From Caecitellus pseudoparvulus (Eukaryota > Protista > Bigyra: Bicosoecida), in the NCBI GenBank assembly GCA_965644315.1, contig CBFFRQ010000080.1, forward strand, positions 62,001-126,000: DNA of 64,000 bases. The letters run 5' to 3'. How positions within the stretch are numbered: the stretch's first letter is position 1; each line of letters opens with the position of its first letter. The notes under the pieces are model-generated. The model made no database searches, had not been told where the DNA came from, and saw only the letters and a program-made list of their open reading frames with translations. This document shows, in pieces, positions 48,982 through 63,900 of this stretch. A program made the position numbers and the translations under genes.

Positions 48982-51900
48982 TTATTGGGGGTCGGAAACC
49001 TGTGGGGTCGGCGCTCTTGGCTGCGTCTCTGCCAAGTGCTGCTCCCTCATTCTGAGCTGATGACTGAAGGCGAGGGAGGGCGACGTCATTTGCCTGGCCT
49101 TGAAGGCTGACATGGGGTGCGGCGTACGCATTTCTGTTGGCCGGCCTGCGCTGGGAAGAGGTCGTTTACCTTGTGTGGGTGAAGCAAAGCTGCCGAGCAG
49201 CGCACGGCCCGTGCCCCGTCCCAGCCCTGGAGCGCTCCCTGGCCCCCTGGAAGTGATGGCGCTGCTTGATGCCTGAAGAGAGGTTTGCAGGGCTGCAGAA
49301 GGCCCGGCAAGCCCTGGAGAGAGGGCAGTGGACGCAACACCTGCCTGGGACATGGGCTTGAGCCTGGTCAGTGAGCCTGCAGGGCTCCTTTCGCTTGGTC
49401 CGAGCGGGCTGGGTGGGCCCATGTAAGGGCCCATCACTGCCGAAAGACTCATTTGGGACGTAGGGATGTTGTCCACTGATCCGCCCTCGGCCCCCAGCAG
49501 TGTGTAGTGGTGCCCTGCTCCACTCCAGTGGGAGGCAACGTGATGGGCAACGCCCCAGCCCTCTCCACCCTCACCCGGCTGCTCATCCCGCGCATCCCAT
49601 TCGGCAGCTTCTGTATAGTCCTCAGCGTGCAGCTGCTGGCGAAGACTCCCCTCTTTAAAGCGAGTCGCCCCCCTGATGGGGGATGCGGGCGGTATGCTGT
49701 CAACTCCACCAAGCACGCCTGCGAAGGCGCTCGCAGCAGAATCCGCAGGTTGGGACATCGTCCCGTGCGCAGGCTGGGGCACCCGCGACCCTCTGCCAAG
49801 GGCTTCATACAACTGCTCGGCCCTGTCCAGCCGCCAGGCCCCAGCAGACGTGAGCAGGTGGCTTACAGCGCGCACCAAGGCAGGCGGAAGCAGTGCAGCG
49901 GCCCCCGCCTTGGGCAGCACCAGCACAGTTGCTGTCTCAGAGGTCACGGTTACAGTGAATGCACACGGCAGCGCCGGGTCTAGCACAGCGCGATGTAGTT
50001 GCTTTGCGTGCAGCTGTGCGCCTGGGGCTCGCAGGGTACCGGATGCCAAGAGCCGGAGCCCAGCAGCAAGGAGCAGTTCACCACCTCCGCAGGTGGACGC
50101 GGCCCCCATGGATGCCAAATCCACATCGACCAGCTCGTCATTCACCAACACCCTTGGGATCAGGGCGGAGCCCTCCTTCCCGCTACCGTCACCTCCCTCT
50201 GAAGCGTCATGCCCGACACGCACCTCCGTGGTGCCTCCCGCCATGACGCCAGCGCTTTGGACGGCTGGAGGCAAGCCAAACACCAGCTCCATGGGGAGGT
50301 TTGCCACCAGAGAGGACTTTCCGCTGATGATGCCACTTTCATGTCCCCCAGTGGAACCCACACCGCCAGTGGCTGCGCCAACTTCCGGCCGGTGCCCACC
50401 CCCCGCAGGGACAACACATGCAGCAGGAACTGCGTCGAAGGAGCCCGCCGCCACCCCCCCAGCACCCGCACTTGTCACACCTTGACCAAGAGAAAGTGCT
50501 GCAACGGCAGCGGCCACTCGATGTCGATCTGCAGCAGCAATGGCTCGCTCTGCCTTTGCGTCTGCCTTCCAGAGTGTCTGGCGCACGTTGGGAGATGTCG
50601 GGACAATCGCCTGCGGCACGATGGAGCTCGGGTTGACTGAAGAGCTAACATGTGGTGGGTTTGCGCCTTGCACGGGTTGCTTGCGCGCAGCTGTTGCCGC
50701 AGCTGCATGCATGAACTGGTGCAAGGCAGCGCCTTGGGCGTTCACCTGCCCACCACTGTGCCTAGCCTGCAGCGGCTCATCAACTCCGTCTGCCTGACCT
50801 GCTTTTCGAGATGCCAAGATGTCTCGTGCAAGGCGCCCTGACACACCCAAAGATCGGCGCTGCTGTATGTCGATGGCCGCCGCAGTTTGTGCGAGCCGTT
50901 GCGATCCATGCACATTTGCTGTGCGCCCAAACGACACTGCATGGGATGCAAACACTTCTACACCAGCTATGGCAGGGGCACTGTGCCCGCCTAGTCGTCG
51001 GCGAACGCCGCTGCCGGGCTGGGGCGCTCCGGCATCGCCCGGCGAGGAGTCCAGCACGCTCAGGGAGCCCCGTGAAATCGGGGCTTCAAGCTGGCCAGAG
51101 TGGCGATTTGCAACTTTGGCAGCTTGCTTGTGCCACCGCCGTACTGCTCTCATGCCACCACCAGCTGCAATGCTCGCGAGCAGCTTGTCCTGGGATGTCG
51201 CGTCCGCAGCTGCAGCCTTGCGCTGCAAGTCTAGCACAGCTTGCTTGTCGGCCTTGCTGTCTTTTCCAGGAAACAAAGCCGCGACAGAAACACTCTGGGG
51301 GGCACTTGGCGACGCGAGGCCGGCCTCCGCTGCCTTTACCTTGGCCAAGTTTCGTCGGATGTCCCCCCCGTCCCACCACCGCTTGCCTCCTATACCCCTT
51401 CCTGGCAGAGCATTCCCTGACGCTGACAGTCCTCGCTTTGCTTGCCATTTGCGGAAGCCTTCTGAAGACAGAGCCTTGTCTCCTGCAATCAGTGACTCAG
51501 TTGCCGCACCCTCAGCTTCTGGTGCAAGATCCAGAGTTGCACCTTGAGCACTGCCAACACCGGCTGCTCTCGAACTCAGGGGTGACGCCTGGAGCAACAG
51601 GCGTGCCTCCTCTTGCTTTGCCTCACGAGAAAGAAGTGGCGATGGTTCATCTTTCAGTTCAAGTCTGGATGGTGTGGGGCGTTGCTGGCTGTTTGCTTTC
51701 GCTTCACGCTCCGCATCTGCTGCTTCGGCCAGCTTCCGCAGCACGCTGTTGCGACCTGTGCCGCGCAAGAGTGTCGCGAGCGGGGCAATGTGGTGCACTC
51801 CGCGGTTCGCATGCCCTTGTCGCCCAGTTCCCTGGTTTTCTGGCGCCTTGGCTGCTCGCGACAGCCCTGAGTGCATCCGCGTCGAAAGCTCCTTGGCTTG

Positions 51901-54900
51901 TTGCCGGGAAAGGGTGGGGGCAGATTTAGATGCAGTCAAGGACTGTTGGGCAGGCACAGTGTAGTGGCGTGGAGCGTCGCTTGCCAAGACGCGACTTGCC
52001 TGCTCCTGAGGCCCATGGACTGCGCCTGCACTCCATCCAAGCGTTGTTGCAGCCCGCAGGAAAGCCTTGATTGAGCTTGGTTTGCCACCTCGTTCCCGAG
52101 GTGTGACGGCCCTTTGCTGTATCGTCACAGGCTCCGTCGCTGAGTGAGCGGGCGCAGCACTAGCGCGGACACTTGCACTCGGCTGCTGAGAGAAAATCCC
52201 TGCGGGGGGTTGTAGCGCGCCATTCGTGCCGCTGGACACATCTTGCAGATCATCGTGGTCGGTGGAACGGGGGTCTGCGTCCACCCTGTCTTCCCAGTCG
52301 CTTTTGCTGCCGTGCACAGCTTCTTGAGGCTGTAGAGGTAGTGTCGCACTCGGAAGTGACGACTTGATTGTACTTGGGAAAAAGAGGGGAAGGCTCACTT
52401 CAGGTTCGGGAAAGCCATGGGCTGCTGGGGGGCGAAGCGTGCCACGGCCTCCCGCTCCGCGTGCGTGCCTCGCCAGTCGCGTTTGCTTGGCGACAAGCTC
52501 AGCCTCGCGCTCTGCAGCAGTCGTGAGATCATCGTGCTCAGAGCTAGATGTGTGAAGTCGAGCCCATTGGCTCCGTGCTGCGTGTCTACGCTGCCTAGGC
52601 TTGCGCTCCTTCATGTACACATGCAAGCTTGGCGGTCGATTACCTTCCAGCATGGCCAAAATAGAAGCATTGTCCACCCGTCCTTGCGCAAGGGCAGTCC
52701 TTCCACGATTCTTCGACGTGAGACTACCAAGTGCAGCCTTCACTTGGGCCACCTTGTATGCGCGGCGCATGACAATGCCACCTTCGGCATCAACAGCGGG
52801 GTACGGAAGGGGCATGCGCATGCGGACGCTGGCACTGCCTTCCTGAAGCACATACAAATTAGGGGACGTTGATCCTTGCTGGACCAACTTCGTGCCACGT
52901 TTCACGGCCACCGGTGTCAGCAGGTGGCATAGCAATGCCTTGTGCTCTTCAGAAATGCTCTGCCCTTGCAGGCCTGGCAGGGACATGATGAAGCGATGTG
53001 TGCTTCTGTGAAACTTGTAGTCAGGCCAGTACCGCGCATAAATGTCCCATGGGATGGACACGAGCCGAGCAACTCCCTCCCGGCGACGGCGTGCGCTGCC
53101 GTCCTTGCGGCTGCGCCCTCCTAGCATATGCTCCTCTGCCCCGAGGGAGAATGCAGCCAGGTGCCGCTCGCAGCGCAGTAGGACCTCATGCTGTCCGAAA
53201 CTCTCCCCCGCTTGCGCAACGGAAACGGTCTGCTTCCCTGCCTTCAACTCCACGGCTCCCTCCAACACGACGAAAAAACGCGCCGCAGGGTCACCTGGCA
53301 TGTACAGGGGAGCCCCGGCTGGAACGCGGTGGTATCGCGTCTGCATGGCGCTTGCATAAAGCGCCTGTGGGTTCATGTCCCTGAATCCAGGCAGATGAGA
53401 CACAAGATCCTGCATCATGGCGTTACGGGTGCTGTGCCAGAGGGCGAGCCCAGCAGCCACGCTGATGTCCCCCGCGTGTGACGCCAGCAAAAGGTTTGGG
53501 GCGACAGACAACTCGCCAGACCTGCTGGCATCAAAGTGGGCAATATGGGTGTCCAAGGCGGGCGATGACGCGGGTCTGTGGAGGGGTGCCAGTGGACCAC
53601 ATGCCGCTAGATTTGTCCGCGAAGGAGGGGTTGAATGTGGCTCCGTCGGCAGGCGGATCTGCTCACTTCCAGGCGCCACATCTACACCTGGCGACAGCCT
53701 GGGACTGAGAAAGTGGCGAGTGCTCCGGGTACCGAACTTGGCAGAGCCAGTCTCGGACATGCTGGCTTCCGCTTGCCTCAGCCGCACTGCAGATCCGCTT
53801 CCCTGAAGGGCCCCCAGCCATTCGCTCCCACTTCTTCCAGGGGCAAACTGACCCGGAATCAGAAGGGCCACAGATTGAAGTGGGTTAGTCAAGCACAAGG
53901 AACTACCGTGAGTCGCAGTGGCGGAGGAGGCCTCGCCAATGCTAGGAGCAACTGTTGATGGGGGCCGAGGCAGTGTCGCATCCATCGGGCCCGGCTCACT
54001 CTTGGCCTGCAGCCCAGTCATTGCCATTTCCAGCGCCGACATCCTGTCGTTCGTCAGTTCGCTCCACATAGAACTCTGCAACGCGCGAATGTACTGCTGA
54101 ACCGTTGCCTGGGCACTGGGCTGGCGTAGGGGCTGAAGGCACCATGCCGTCATGGCCTGCCATACTGGCTCCCATCCCACGCTGGATGCGGAGCTTCCCT
54201 CCCAAAACTCTGATCTATCCCCAGCAAACGTCCCGCTTTGTGACAAGCCGCCTTCAAGCACAACGCCAGAGTCACGGGTGTCCGACACTGCCCCGTGGCT
54301 GCGCGCAGGTGTGGACCGAGCAGACTCGCCCTCTGGCACGAGCTCTGTTGGGGACCAGCCAGCGGAAGGCACCCTTCCTAAGTCTGACGGGGTGCTGCCC
54401 CTCGTTGACTCTGCTTCAAACTCACCAGCGTGCAGGTGGACGACTGCACCGCCTTGAGCAAAAGTCACGCCACCTCGGCGCTCCATGTGCATGTGGTCAC
54501 TGCCCGGATCACGCGCTTGCGGAAGGCCAGGCGACGCTCCACTCGGGTGAGGAGACGACAGTCCCATTGGAAGGCGCGTCTTAAAAGGTGATAACACTCC
54601 ACGCAAGGCTGTTGCGTCTACTTCGTGGTGCCGCGGCTCGAAAGGGCCAGAGCCCGTGCCCCCCTCAGCTCGCGCAGCCGGCAAGTAAGCCGACGATACT
54701 TGTAGCGGCTCTAAGTGCCGGCGCTTCTCTGCAGCGCGAGATGCTCGATCAGGTGATGTATGCCGCTTTGAGCTTGCTGCAGAGGTGGGTGTGTGTTCCT
54801 CAGGCACTTCGGGTACTTGTTGTAGCTCCGGAGCTGTGTGAATGCGGGACACAGAGAATGCCACTGCGGCACCATCCATGACTTCTGCCGCAGGCGTGTC

Positions 54901-57900
54901 ATCCCGTTCACCGGCATGTGACAAGTCCAGGGTTCCGCTTCGACCAGGGCTGGCCACAATTGGCTGCGCCGAAACATCAGGCGTCAGGCGATCAGGGCTC
55001 TGCACGCGCCCGCGGTCCAGGGGAAGCGCCATTTTCGTTTGCCTGCGGGGCTGCTGCCGATCTCGAGGATCAGAGAGAGATCCTGTCAGGCTGGAGTCAG
55101 GCATCCCAGTCTGAGATTCGCCGGCTGACCCTCCAGTTGGCGTGTTCCCTGCACCGCCCTGCCATGGGTGCACCGTGCTGAAAGTCGTCAGGTTGGAGCC
55201 TGGTCTTAGAAGAGCCTTAGGTGCCACCAACTTGCCTTGCATAGCTCGCCACCACATGCGCTTCACTGCATGGCGGAGGCTTGGGAGCACAGCAGACGCC
55301 GCAAGCGTCTCGGTTGCACGCGGGTGCAGCGAGCTGGCAAACTCATGTGCAAGGGGAGGCAGCGCCTGCAAGTCTTCCATAGCAGGCGGGGTGTCTCTTA
55401 ATACAGACAAGTAGTCATCGCGCGGGATCAGCAGCCCATGGGTGTCCCACAAAGCCACAGTGGAGGATAGATTCATCAGACCTGTAGCAGTGCTCGTTAG
55501 CTCTGGTTGCAGCACCTGCTCTCCCACCGAGCGGCCAGGCCCCAAGAATGAGACGCAAATCCCCAGTCCAGCTGCATCCATAACAGTGTCACCTGCCCGG
55601 TACAACATGCTGGGTTGCAAGAGTTCCGCCAACTCGGCGCCGGATAGGCCTGTGCTGGCACTGGCTTCAGGCCCCCCACTCCATGCTGAGGGAGGGCGGC
55701 TCCTATGCTGCCCGCGCCTGCGCTTTCTAGGCACTGGCTTGCTACCTCCCGAGCCACGTGCTGGCATGAACACACCTAGCATGCCGTGCAAAACCAGCAC
55801 AACATGCTGCGCCATTTCGCCACGTTGGGCAAGCACGGCACCGGGAGAAGCATGACAGTGCCGGCAGCGGCGTGCAAGAGCGTGTTGTCGTTGAACATCA
55901 AGGAGGGCGAAACCAGGGAGTGCAGCAGACAGCAGGCGACACAGCGACATCACTTCGTCTGATGGCCGCGCCTCACTTCTGAGCAACAGGGTGGCAATGC
56001 ACCGCGCAACAAAAGCAGGCGAGTTCAAGGCAGGTGTGCGAGCAGAAGGCCGTGTGGCCTCGTTCGCAAGCTCCTTGAACACTGAACGATTTACCACCCC
56101 GACAACAGTTCCATCTGTCGCAGCCGACAACACGGTCGCATTGCGCTTTCCAGCTCCGCCATCTCCTGCCGCCTGGATCAAGGGTGAAGCTGTCGGGTGT
56201 CCACCTGCTGGTGCTTGGCGGGGCTGGACCAACAGCGAAGCGATGATTGTAACCAATCCATGTGAGTCTACTGGACTGGGTGCGGCTGTTGAGGCTGCAG
56301 GCTGACAAGAAGTGGTGGGCAGGGGCGGCTGCATCGCAGGCCTTCCACCTGGATCGCCGGACTCTGTGCCTGCCGCACCACCTGCGTGATTGTGAGAATC
56401 TTTTCCCGATGATGTCGCAGAAGCATGAGGGGCACTACCTGCGCGCGTCAGGTCATGCTTTGCCCACGCAGTGGGCGCATCCCCACCTGCATCCGCGCCC
56501 GCACCTAAAGCACGGAGCGCCGAGCGTGCTGCTGCGGGAGTCAGCGCAGAGGCAGAATGGCGACCAGAATTCAGCTCCTCGATGAGCACCTGGCCACTAG
56601 AGAAGGGCGTGTGCGTAGAAGGGGGCGCTGGAGGTAGCATGTTTAGAGCTTGATGCCCAAAGTGTTCACCTGCAGCCAACACCGCAATGCACCTTCCCAC
56701 GAAAACGCCGTCCTTGCTCCGCACACGCCACTTTGCTTCATAGTCGAGATGGTCTGCATCGTTCGTGGCGCTGCCATCACCCCACATGCGCGGGGCACGC
56801 TGCCTGGGTGCGGCTGCCTCGCCAGGAGTGCCCGGAACCCACCCCCCTTCAGGTGAAGGCAGGGGAGAGATACTCGTCTTGTGGACTGTAAATGCGCCTG
56901 ACAAAATAATGAAAAAGTCATCTGCGTTGTCACCTTCTCGGACAGCAAGCTGCCCGTCTGGGATTTCGCGCAGGGTAAGGTCAGAACACAGCGCCCGAGC
57001 GGCATCCCAGGGAAGGTTCCTGAAAAACGCAACCCCTCGCTGCATGGCCATGGCCAAGAGGTCAACTTCGGCTCTAGTTCTTCTGGCTGGCGGTTTGTAC
57101 AACACCATGTGCGAGGCGGTCGGGGCGGGGACCAAGCGCGGAACCAGCAATGGCTCGATAACCTCCCTTTGCAACACCACAAGTGGAATCTTCAGAACAT
57201 AGCTCCGCATTCCTTGTGCAAGAATGGTGTGGCTCCTACCCTTCAAGGCAGGGACTGTCGGCATCAAGCTCAGTGCTGTCATGTGTCCATCTGAGGGAGC
57301 CAACGAGTCGGCAGTTGCCGGTCGGCGTGGCTCTTGGGCCCGCGATGCGTGCACGGTGAGATCCTGACCAGAGAACACCTGCCTAGCATCAGAGAAACCC
57401 AGGGCTGCAGCAAGCCGCGACAGCTCTGCGGGTCTAAACGCCCATGGTTCGCCTGCCAACCCTCCACTCCCGGGCAGAGCAAGCTCTAAGCAGTCCCCGG
57501 GAAAAAGAGTGGCCAAGTATCCACCGTGAACCTGCTGGGCCCTTGTAAACGCCTCTTCGTCGCGGCGCAGCTCCTCGCGAAGGTAGCGCTCCTTTTGCAA
57601 CGGTGTCGTAACACCCTCCTCCGGCACTGCTGCAGTGGTGCAGTGTATAGCTTGGTGCAAGGCTGCGGCCATGCTCTGCGCTGGCCCTGCACACCACAAA
57701 GCCGCAGCACGAATACGAGCAGGGGCTTGAACAAGGCTCTGCCCATGAAAGTCAACGATGGGGTGTGGACATGGCAGAAGACCCCTGCGCAACGAAGCAG
57801 ACACAACATCACCGCTGCTAGCTCCAGGTCGCGCAAGCATGCAGTGTAACGCAGCACCACCCGGCGGAATAGCCCCCCTAGGCGGCAAAAAAGGGTGCTC

Positions 57901-60900
57901 CAGCTCATGCTGAGGGTTAGATCCGCAGGCAGCATCCTGCCCGTACAGGCCGTCCTCAGCCCCGCCTGATCCTGCGCTCGCTGCCCGCAGCAATGCAGCA
58001 CTTACACTGTGCAAAGGCAGTGCAGAGCCGTGCAGCGAAACGCCGAGCGGGCGCATGCCTTGCCAGCCTCGAAGCCAAGCAGTCCAAGAGGCCTGGCTGA
58101 CGCCCACTGTCGCGTGTGCGGGGGTTCCAGCCCCATGAGCCTGCGAGCCGGCCGAACTGCTGGAAGCCTCCCTGTCTGGCAAACCCTCGCCAGCTCTCTC
58201 CTTTGGTGCGGGCGAAGCAGGCGATGGTTCAGGTACCCGCTCCTCCCCCAAGGAACTGTCTGGGATGCGAGTCTGTGCGTCAGCCAATGCAGGCTTCGTG
58301 ACTTGAGATGAAGAGTGAGCCACAAGAGCACCCGCAAGGACCACGTGGGCAAATCCGCATTGCTCTCCTTCGTGCACAAGCACCTGCTCAGCTTCAAGCT
58401 CTTCAACCTGAACAGCACCTGCAAGCGCTTTCAGAGCGTGCATCGGCAACGGCAGAAGTGCTGGGAGCTGCAGTAGCAAGCTGAGTACTTGCTGTGCTTG
58501 TTCGGCACTCCGCGCACAAGGCTGTGTCACCAGCGCGTTTGCAACAAGGTGGGCATGCGCCTCTCGACTGACAGGCCCGAACTGTGGCTGTTCACTGGCT
58601 TGAGACAGTGTGCTTTGAGTGACGGCATCAGCCAGCGCGCTCGCCATCGCGGCACCCTCCCGATCTTGCGCTTCGCTCGCCAATTCATCTCTCACACGAG
58701 GCACTACTGGCGCTTTTGCTTGCGATTGGCGTGCGGTGGGCCCATCATCACCGGCTTCACCTGCGCAACATTTATGTGTTGGTGACGCTGCCGACAGAGT
58801 CCCAGGTGATGATTGACTCGTCTTGGGTGTGGTGGACGCCAGGCCAGGAAGGAGGGTGCCCAGGTCGACTTCAGGGCACGTTCGAAGGAGCTGCTCAGTA
58901 ACTTCTGCGTCAGTTGGAAGCATCCCGGCATGAAGCGCCTGGCGCACGATTTCCACGTCCCCCCTGCCCAACACAGCCACCTCCACTTCCTCTGACATAG
59001 GGCCACCTGAAAGAAGGGTGCTGGTGTGGCGTGCAATGAGTGGGCTGCTCGGAGCTCCCACGTACACAGCTCCCGCATACTGCCCTGTGGCAGATGTCGC
59101 AAGTGCGGGAGCGGTGGCATGGTGAAGCCTCTGGAACATGCTCGCCCTACCGGCCTGGGCATCCTCTTGCTTCGCCTCCCCTGCACCTTTTCGGTGCTCG
59201 GAGAGCGGCGCCGAGCCGTCTTTGCACGTGCTTATCTGTCCAGATTCTCCATCAACCCCGGCGGCCAGTCGTAGCATGAAGTGCCGCGCGGTCAGCAAGA
59301 GTCGCGTGGCATCCTCAGTACACACTGCAGCCGAGTCTGCGCCAACAGGAAGGCGCTGTTCACTATGTACATCGCCAACGAGGCCTGTGGCATGAGGACC
59401 AAGTTCCCTCACAACTGGGAACCGCTGCGGCAGGCCTTGGGATTGCACTGAGGCACGTGCGAAGCGACTGCGACGGCTGCCTGCCATGCGGCCAGCCAGT
59501 CGTGACATTCCACGCCACCCACCCAACGTATCGACCAGGCGCAAGGAATCTCGACAGTTGGCAGCCATGGTCCGGTGAAGAGAAACACTACTGACTTGTG
59601 CGAGGGCCTCCTTCCCGTGTGTAATGCCCCCCTTGCCAACTTGCAGGGCGGCAGCACCCCCTCCTTCACCTGCAGCTCTCATGAGTGCGACAGCTTTCAT
59701 TGACATGTCGCAGGAATCAAAAACCGGAACAGCACTTGTTTCGCTGGCTGCTCGATCTGATGGCGTCATCAAGTTTTGGCTGGCATTTGCACCGACTGAA
59801 ACGTCGCTCTGGCGCTGAGCCTGCAGGTCCCGATGTGCAGCAGCAAGCAAACCTCGATGTGTGACTTTTGAAGCTTCATCAGAGAGAATATTCACGGAGT
59901 GCGCGGCAGTGGCTGCAGCCGACAGTGCGTTTTGGATGACAGGAGCACGGGTGGCCAGAACGGGCGATCCCTGGGCCAACCACCCCACCTCATCCGCCCC
60001 CACGGTCTCCCACCACACCAAAAGGGACGGGTGGGCAGCAGCCCTGCTCCACATACTAAGCAAAGCAGCCAGTCCTTGGGATGGTTCTGCTTTCGGATTT
60101 AACGATGCATCACTCTCAATGCTGGATGCTGACGCATCCGAGAGCGTTGCAGCCCGGAGCCAGGCTTTACTGTGTGAAAGACTGTGTGACTTCGGCGGAC
60201 GCTTTGAAGGTTTGCCTCCACCTTTTGGGTTTCTCTTCGGAGAGTTCACGTGCCGGTGGTCGGTTGGCCGGCTTTCTGCAGCGTGGGGGTCCCCACTACT
60301 TCTTGCTTCCCCGCGATAGAAGCCGTCACCAGCCCGAGACCTACCGTCGGAGCCGCGTTGCATGGGTGAGCCGGGCGACTTCAAAGAGAAGGAAGCAGAA
60401 GACGCACGAACTGTCTCATCCGCGACGTTCGTGCTAGCACTGCGCAACGCTTCAGTGGCTTGCTTTGCAGCCTGGCAAACGCTGGTGGAGTCACCTGGGC
60501 GGGCCAGGCCTGCCTTGGCCACCAAACGTGCCCCTGCACTGCTCCCTCGCAGCGCATTGTCCAATCCTACTCTTAGAGCTGTCGAAACTGAGTGCATGGT
60601 ATCTGAGTATGTACAGGCCACCGAGTGTGCGACCCAAGAGCCTGCAGGTGGAGCTGGATGGGTCACAGCATCAGCCAGCAAAGCCGCACTACCCACAACA
60701 TCCCCTGCCTTGTACAATGCCACCTGTCGCCCAACCACGCGCTCAACTGTCATTGAGTGCTCCAAGTCCTCCGGCGACACTGAGTCCCCAGCCTTGAAAG
60801 GGCAAAGCAGTGCCCGGGTTAACGCTGCAGACTCACTCACAGCACGGGCAGCCTTGGCATCCTGTGCAACTTCAGTCTGCTTTGCCCGCGCAATCAAGCG

Positions 60901-63900
60901 GCCACTCAGGACTATGAAAAGCTCTGGTGATTGTTGTGCACCTTGAGCTTGCAGCACACGTTGTCCTGGGTACATGCGGTAGCCGAGTCTGCAAGAAAGC
61001 ACGACGCATGCTGCGAGGGGCCAGTCCTGCAGCTCAGGAACCTGGCGCAGCAGCCGAACGAGAAGAGCAACCTGCTGTGCGCTTCGATGAAGTGGGTGGG
61101 TGCGCAAGGCGGCACTCGCGGCGGCAAAATCTGCCTCTGGTGGAGGCGGAGCCATGAAGCGTGCGTTGCCATGTACGGCTACACCCGGCGGGCCACACGA
61201 CTTGCTGTCCACAGCGCCAGCCAAAGCCAGCGCTGCAGATTGGGCGACAGTGGAGCTGCTGGCTGGAGCTGCGGCTATGCTGGGTGAGAGGTGGAGCAAA
61301 CTAGAGAAGGAAGCGGTCAATGGCAAGGTGCGGGGCCGCACTGCGGGCGCTCCGTCAGCGGAGGTTGCAGAGAGGTCGCGCTTCGGAGACTCTGAGGGCG
61401 CCCGTGCTGCGTGTGTCGGGAACCTCGTGCTTTGGTCAGAGGAGAGCCCCCGCCGCTGCGGCGATGCAATGCCAGGGTGTAAGCCAAGGTGGGCCGTGCC
61501 TTCAAATTCATCAGTGCTGCTGGTTTGTGACCTCGGGTGTTGATCCGCGATGGACAGCAGAGTCCGAAGGGTCGACTGTGGACTGACATTCTGATCCATC
61601 GCTGAGGAAAGAACACTGGGAGCCATATCAGGAAGGGGTCTGTTGAACATAACTGCCTCGATGCCCAGAGTGTCGAACCAAGTGGACAACAGCTCAACGA
61701 GGGCGAGCATGTTGGGCAAAGCGAGAGGAACAAAGGGGGGCAGCGGAAAAAGGGTCGTTGCGGGTGCGCTCCACCTGTCACTCATTGTGCGGGGAACGGG
61801 GTTTTTGCGGGCAGTAGAGCTTGGAGAGGTTGGCAGCGTAGATCCAGTGTTTGCCAGTCGCTGCTGCCAGTCCTCCAAATTTGGAACGTGCGCAATCCAT
61901 GGATCCATGAAAGGAGGGGCTTCGGGAAGGCACCCTTCTGCTTGCAGGCAAAAGAGCAATCGAGCCATGGCACCTGCAGAGACTTCGGCAAGCCGCTGCA
62001 ACTGACTCAAAGACAGAGTCAGCAGCTCGTGAGTGGTGAAGGGGAGCGCACCAGAGGAAAGGGCAGACACCCACCCAGGGCTGCTGTGATCCACATCATC
62101 AAAGCTTCGATCGGAAGGAACGCGGTACAGGGGGGCCAGGGGCTGCCGAGCAGGGTCAGCCAGAGCTTGCACTCCCGCCAACATCGCCGACGTAGTCACT
62201 CTCTGAAGGCACACCAAGTGACGAGCAGCAGCAGCCAGCGATGACTCGGAACGCGACTGAGCAGCGAGGCGGAGGACCCGAAGGAAATCATCCCAAGGAA
62301 TAACCGCCACTTCGCTTGATTCTCGAGCGACAACGGTCACGCCAGACACGGCCCGTGCCAGTGGCTGTTCAGCTGCTTTCGGTGCACGGCGCAGCAGCAC
62401 ATGTGGCGCACACTCGAAAGGCTGCTCAGCCTCAGTATCAACACCACTTTGACCATCCTCTTCAGAAGCTTGAAGGAACTGAAACAGGGATCTCCACCGA
62501 AGTGGTGCGCAAGCGGTATCTGCTGCATACCACTCTTGAACGACAGCGTCAGCTGCAGGTTGACCGCTCCAAACGCATTCTTGCCGGAAGTCTCCACCTC
62601 CAGCAGAAGAAAACCCCGAGTTGGAGCGGACAGGCATGCTTTCGCAGCCCAAGTAAGTTCCTTGGGCAGTTGCTTGGCGGAGACTAGGCAGGTACACTGA
62701 GCTCATCAGTCTGCACCACTCCAGTGCGCTTCCTGCCTGTGCCTCTCCTACTTGAGAGCGTAGGACTCGCGACACAAGGGTGACCAGCCTTCGCATTCTC
62801 AACGCAGCATTCACTTCTGATCGCTGTTCAGAGGGTGACGGGTCGATGCCAGCAGTCTCGGGCTCTGCAAGGCGGTGGGCCATGTCCGCCAACTTGTCAA
62901 GGGGCGACACAACTGCAGACTTTCGTGCTGCTCGCAGAACATCTTTTTCCACCCTCTGAGACCCTTGGCTTGAGAGACTTATAGATAATCGCTGATTGGA
63001 AAACGGGCTTTGAGTCACACAGAGCAGAATTTGCATGGTGGCTCCCAATGGGGGCTTCCCCGAATCCTGCTGCCCAGCCGACCAGGGCCTGCCAGCGTCT
63101 TCCTGCACAAAAGGAACACTAAAGATGGCGCTTCCAGACCGCGATGATTCTGACTCATGACTGGGTGGAGTGTTTGGGTCGATTTTGGCTGGAGCCTCCC
63201 GCTCAGTTGCAGTACCGGAAAAATGCAAAGCCACACCACGGTCTGCCAGACGCACTGCCCCGGCGTTCTGCCCACTTTGATCCGCAGCTGCTGACTCACC
63301 ACCTTCTTTCAAAGAAAGCTGATCCATTGCCCAAATAATTGCCTGAGCCTGCTCCTGAGCCATGCCCTTTTGGGCCTGTTTCACAGCGCCAAGCGCAGCT
63401 CCACGAGAAGCGATTGGCAGCATCAGGCGATTCAGAGATGAGAAGAAGCCGAAAGTGCCTACCCAGCACTGAAATATCGTGAGCAATGCCAATGTTGACC
63501 GAACCAGCTCCTCAGGCGAGCCAGTCGCCAAGGACAGGGCAGCAAGCAGCTCCGTGTCAGGTGAACCGAGCACGCTCTCAACGCTACTGGACAACGAATT
63601 GGACAGGACTGACACAAAGGATTCAAGTCCTTCATTTTCACGAGTAATGGTTTTCCGGAGTTCCGCAGAGTTTAGTTCAGCATGGGGTGGGTGGTCTGCG
63701 CTGGGCTTGCCTTCCGTCGATGGGCTTGTAGTTGACGCCACGAATCCTATGCCGCTGGACGGAACAGGGGAGCCATCACATGGACATGAGTCAAGCACTG
63801 CAGCCCTTTCATCCGGAGGGGCTGCAATACACGCATCCGCAGTGCCTGGTGAGGTCGGAAAGGGAGCCCCACGTCCGTCTACAGCGATGGCGCCCATGTC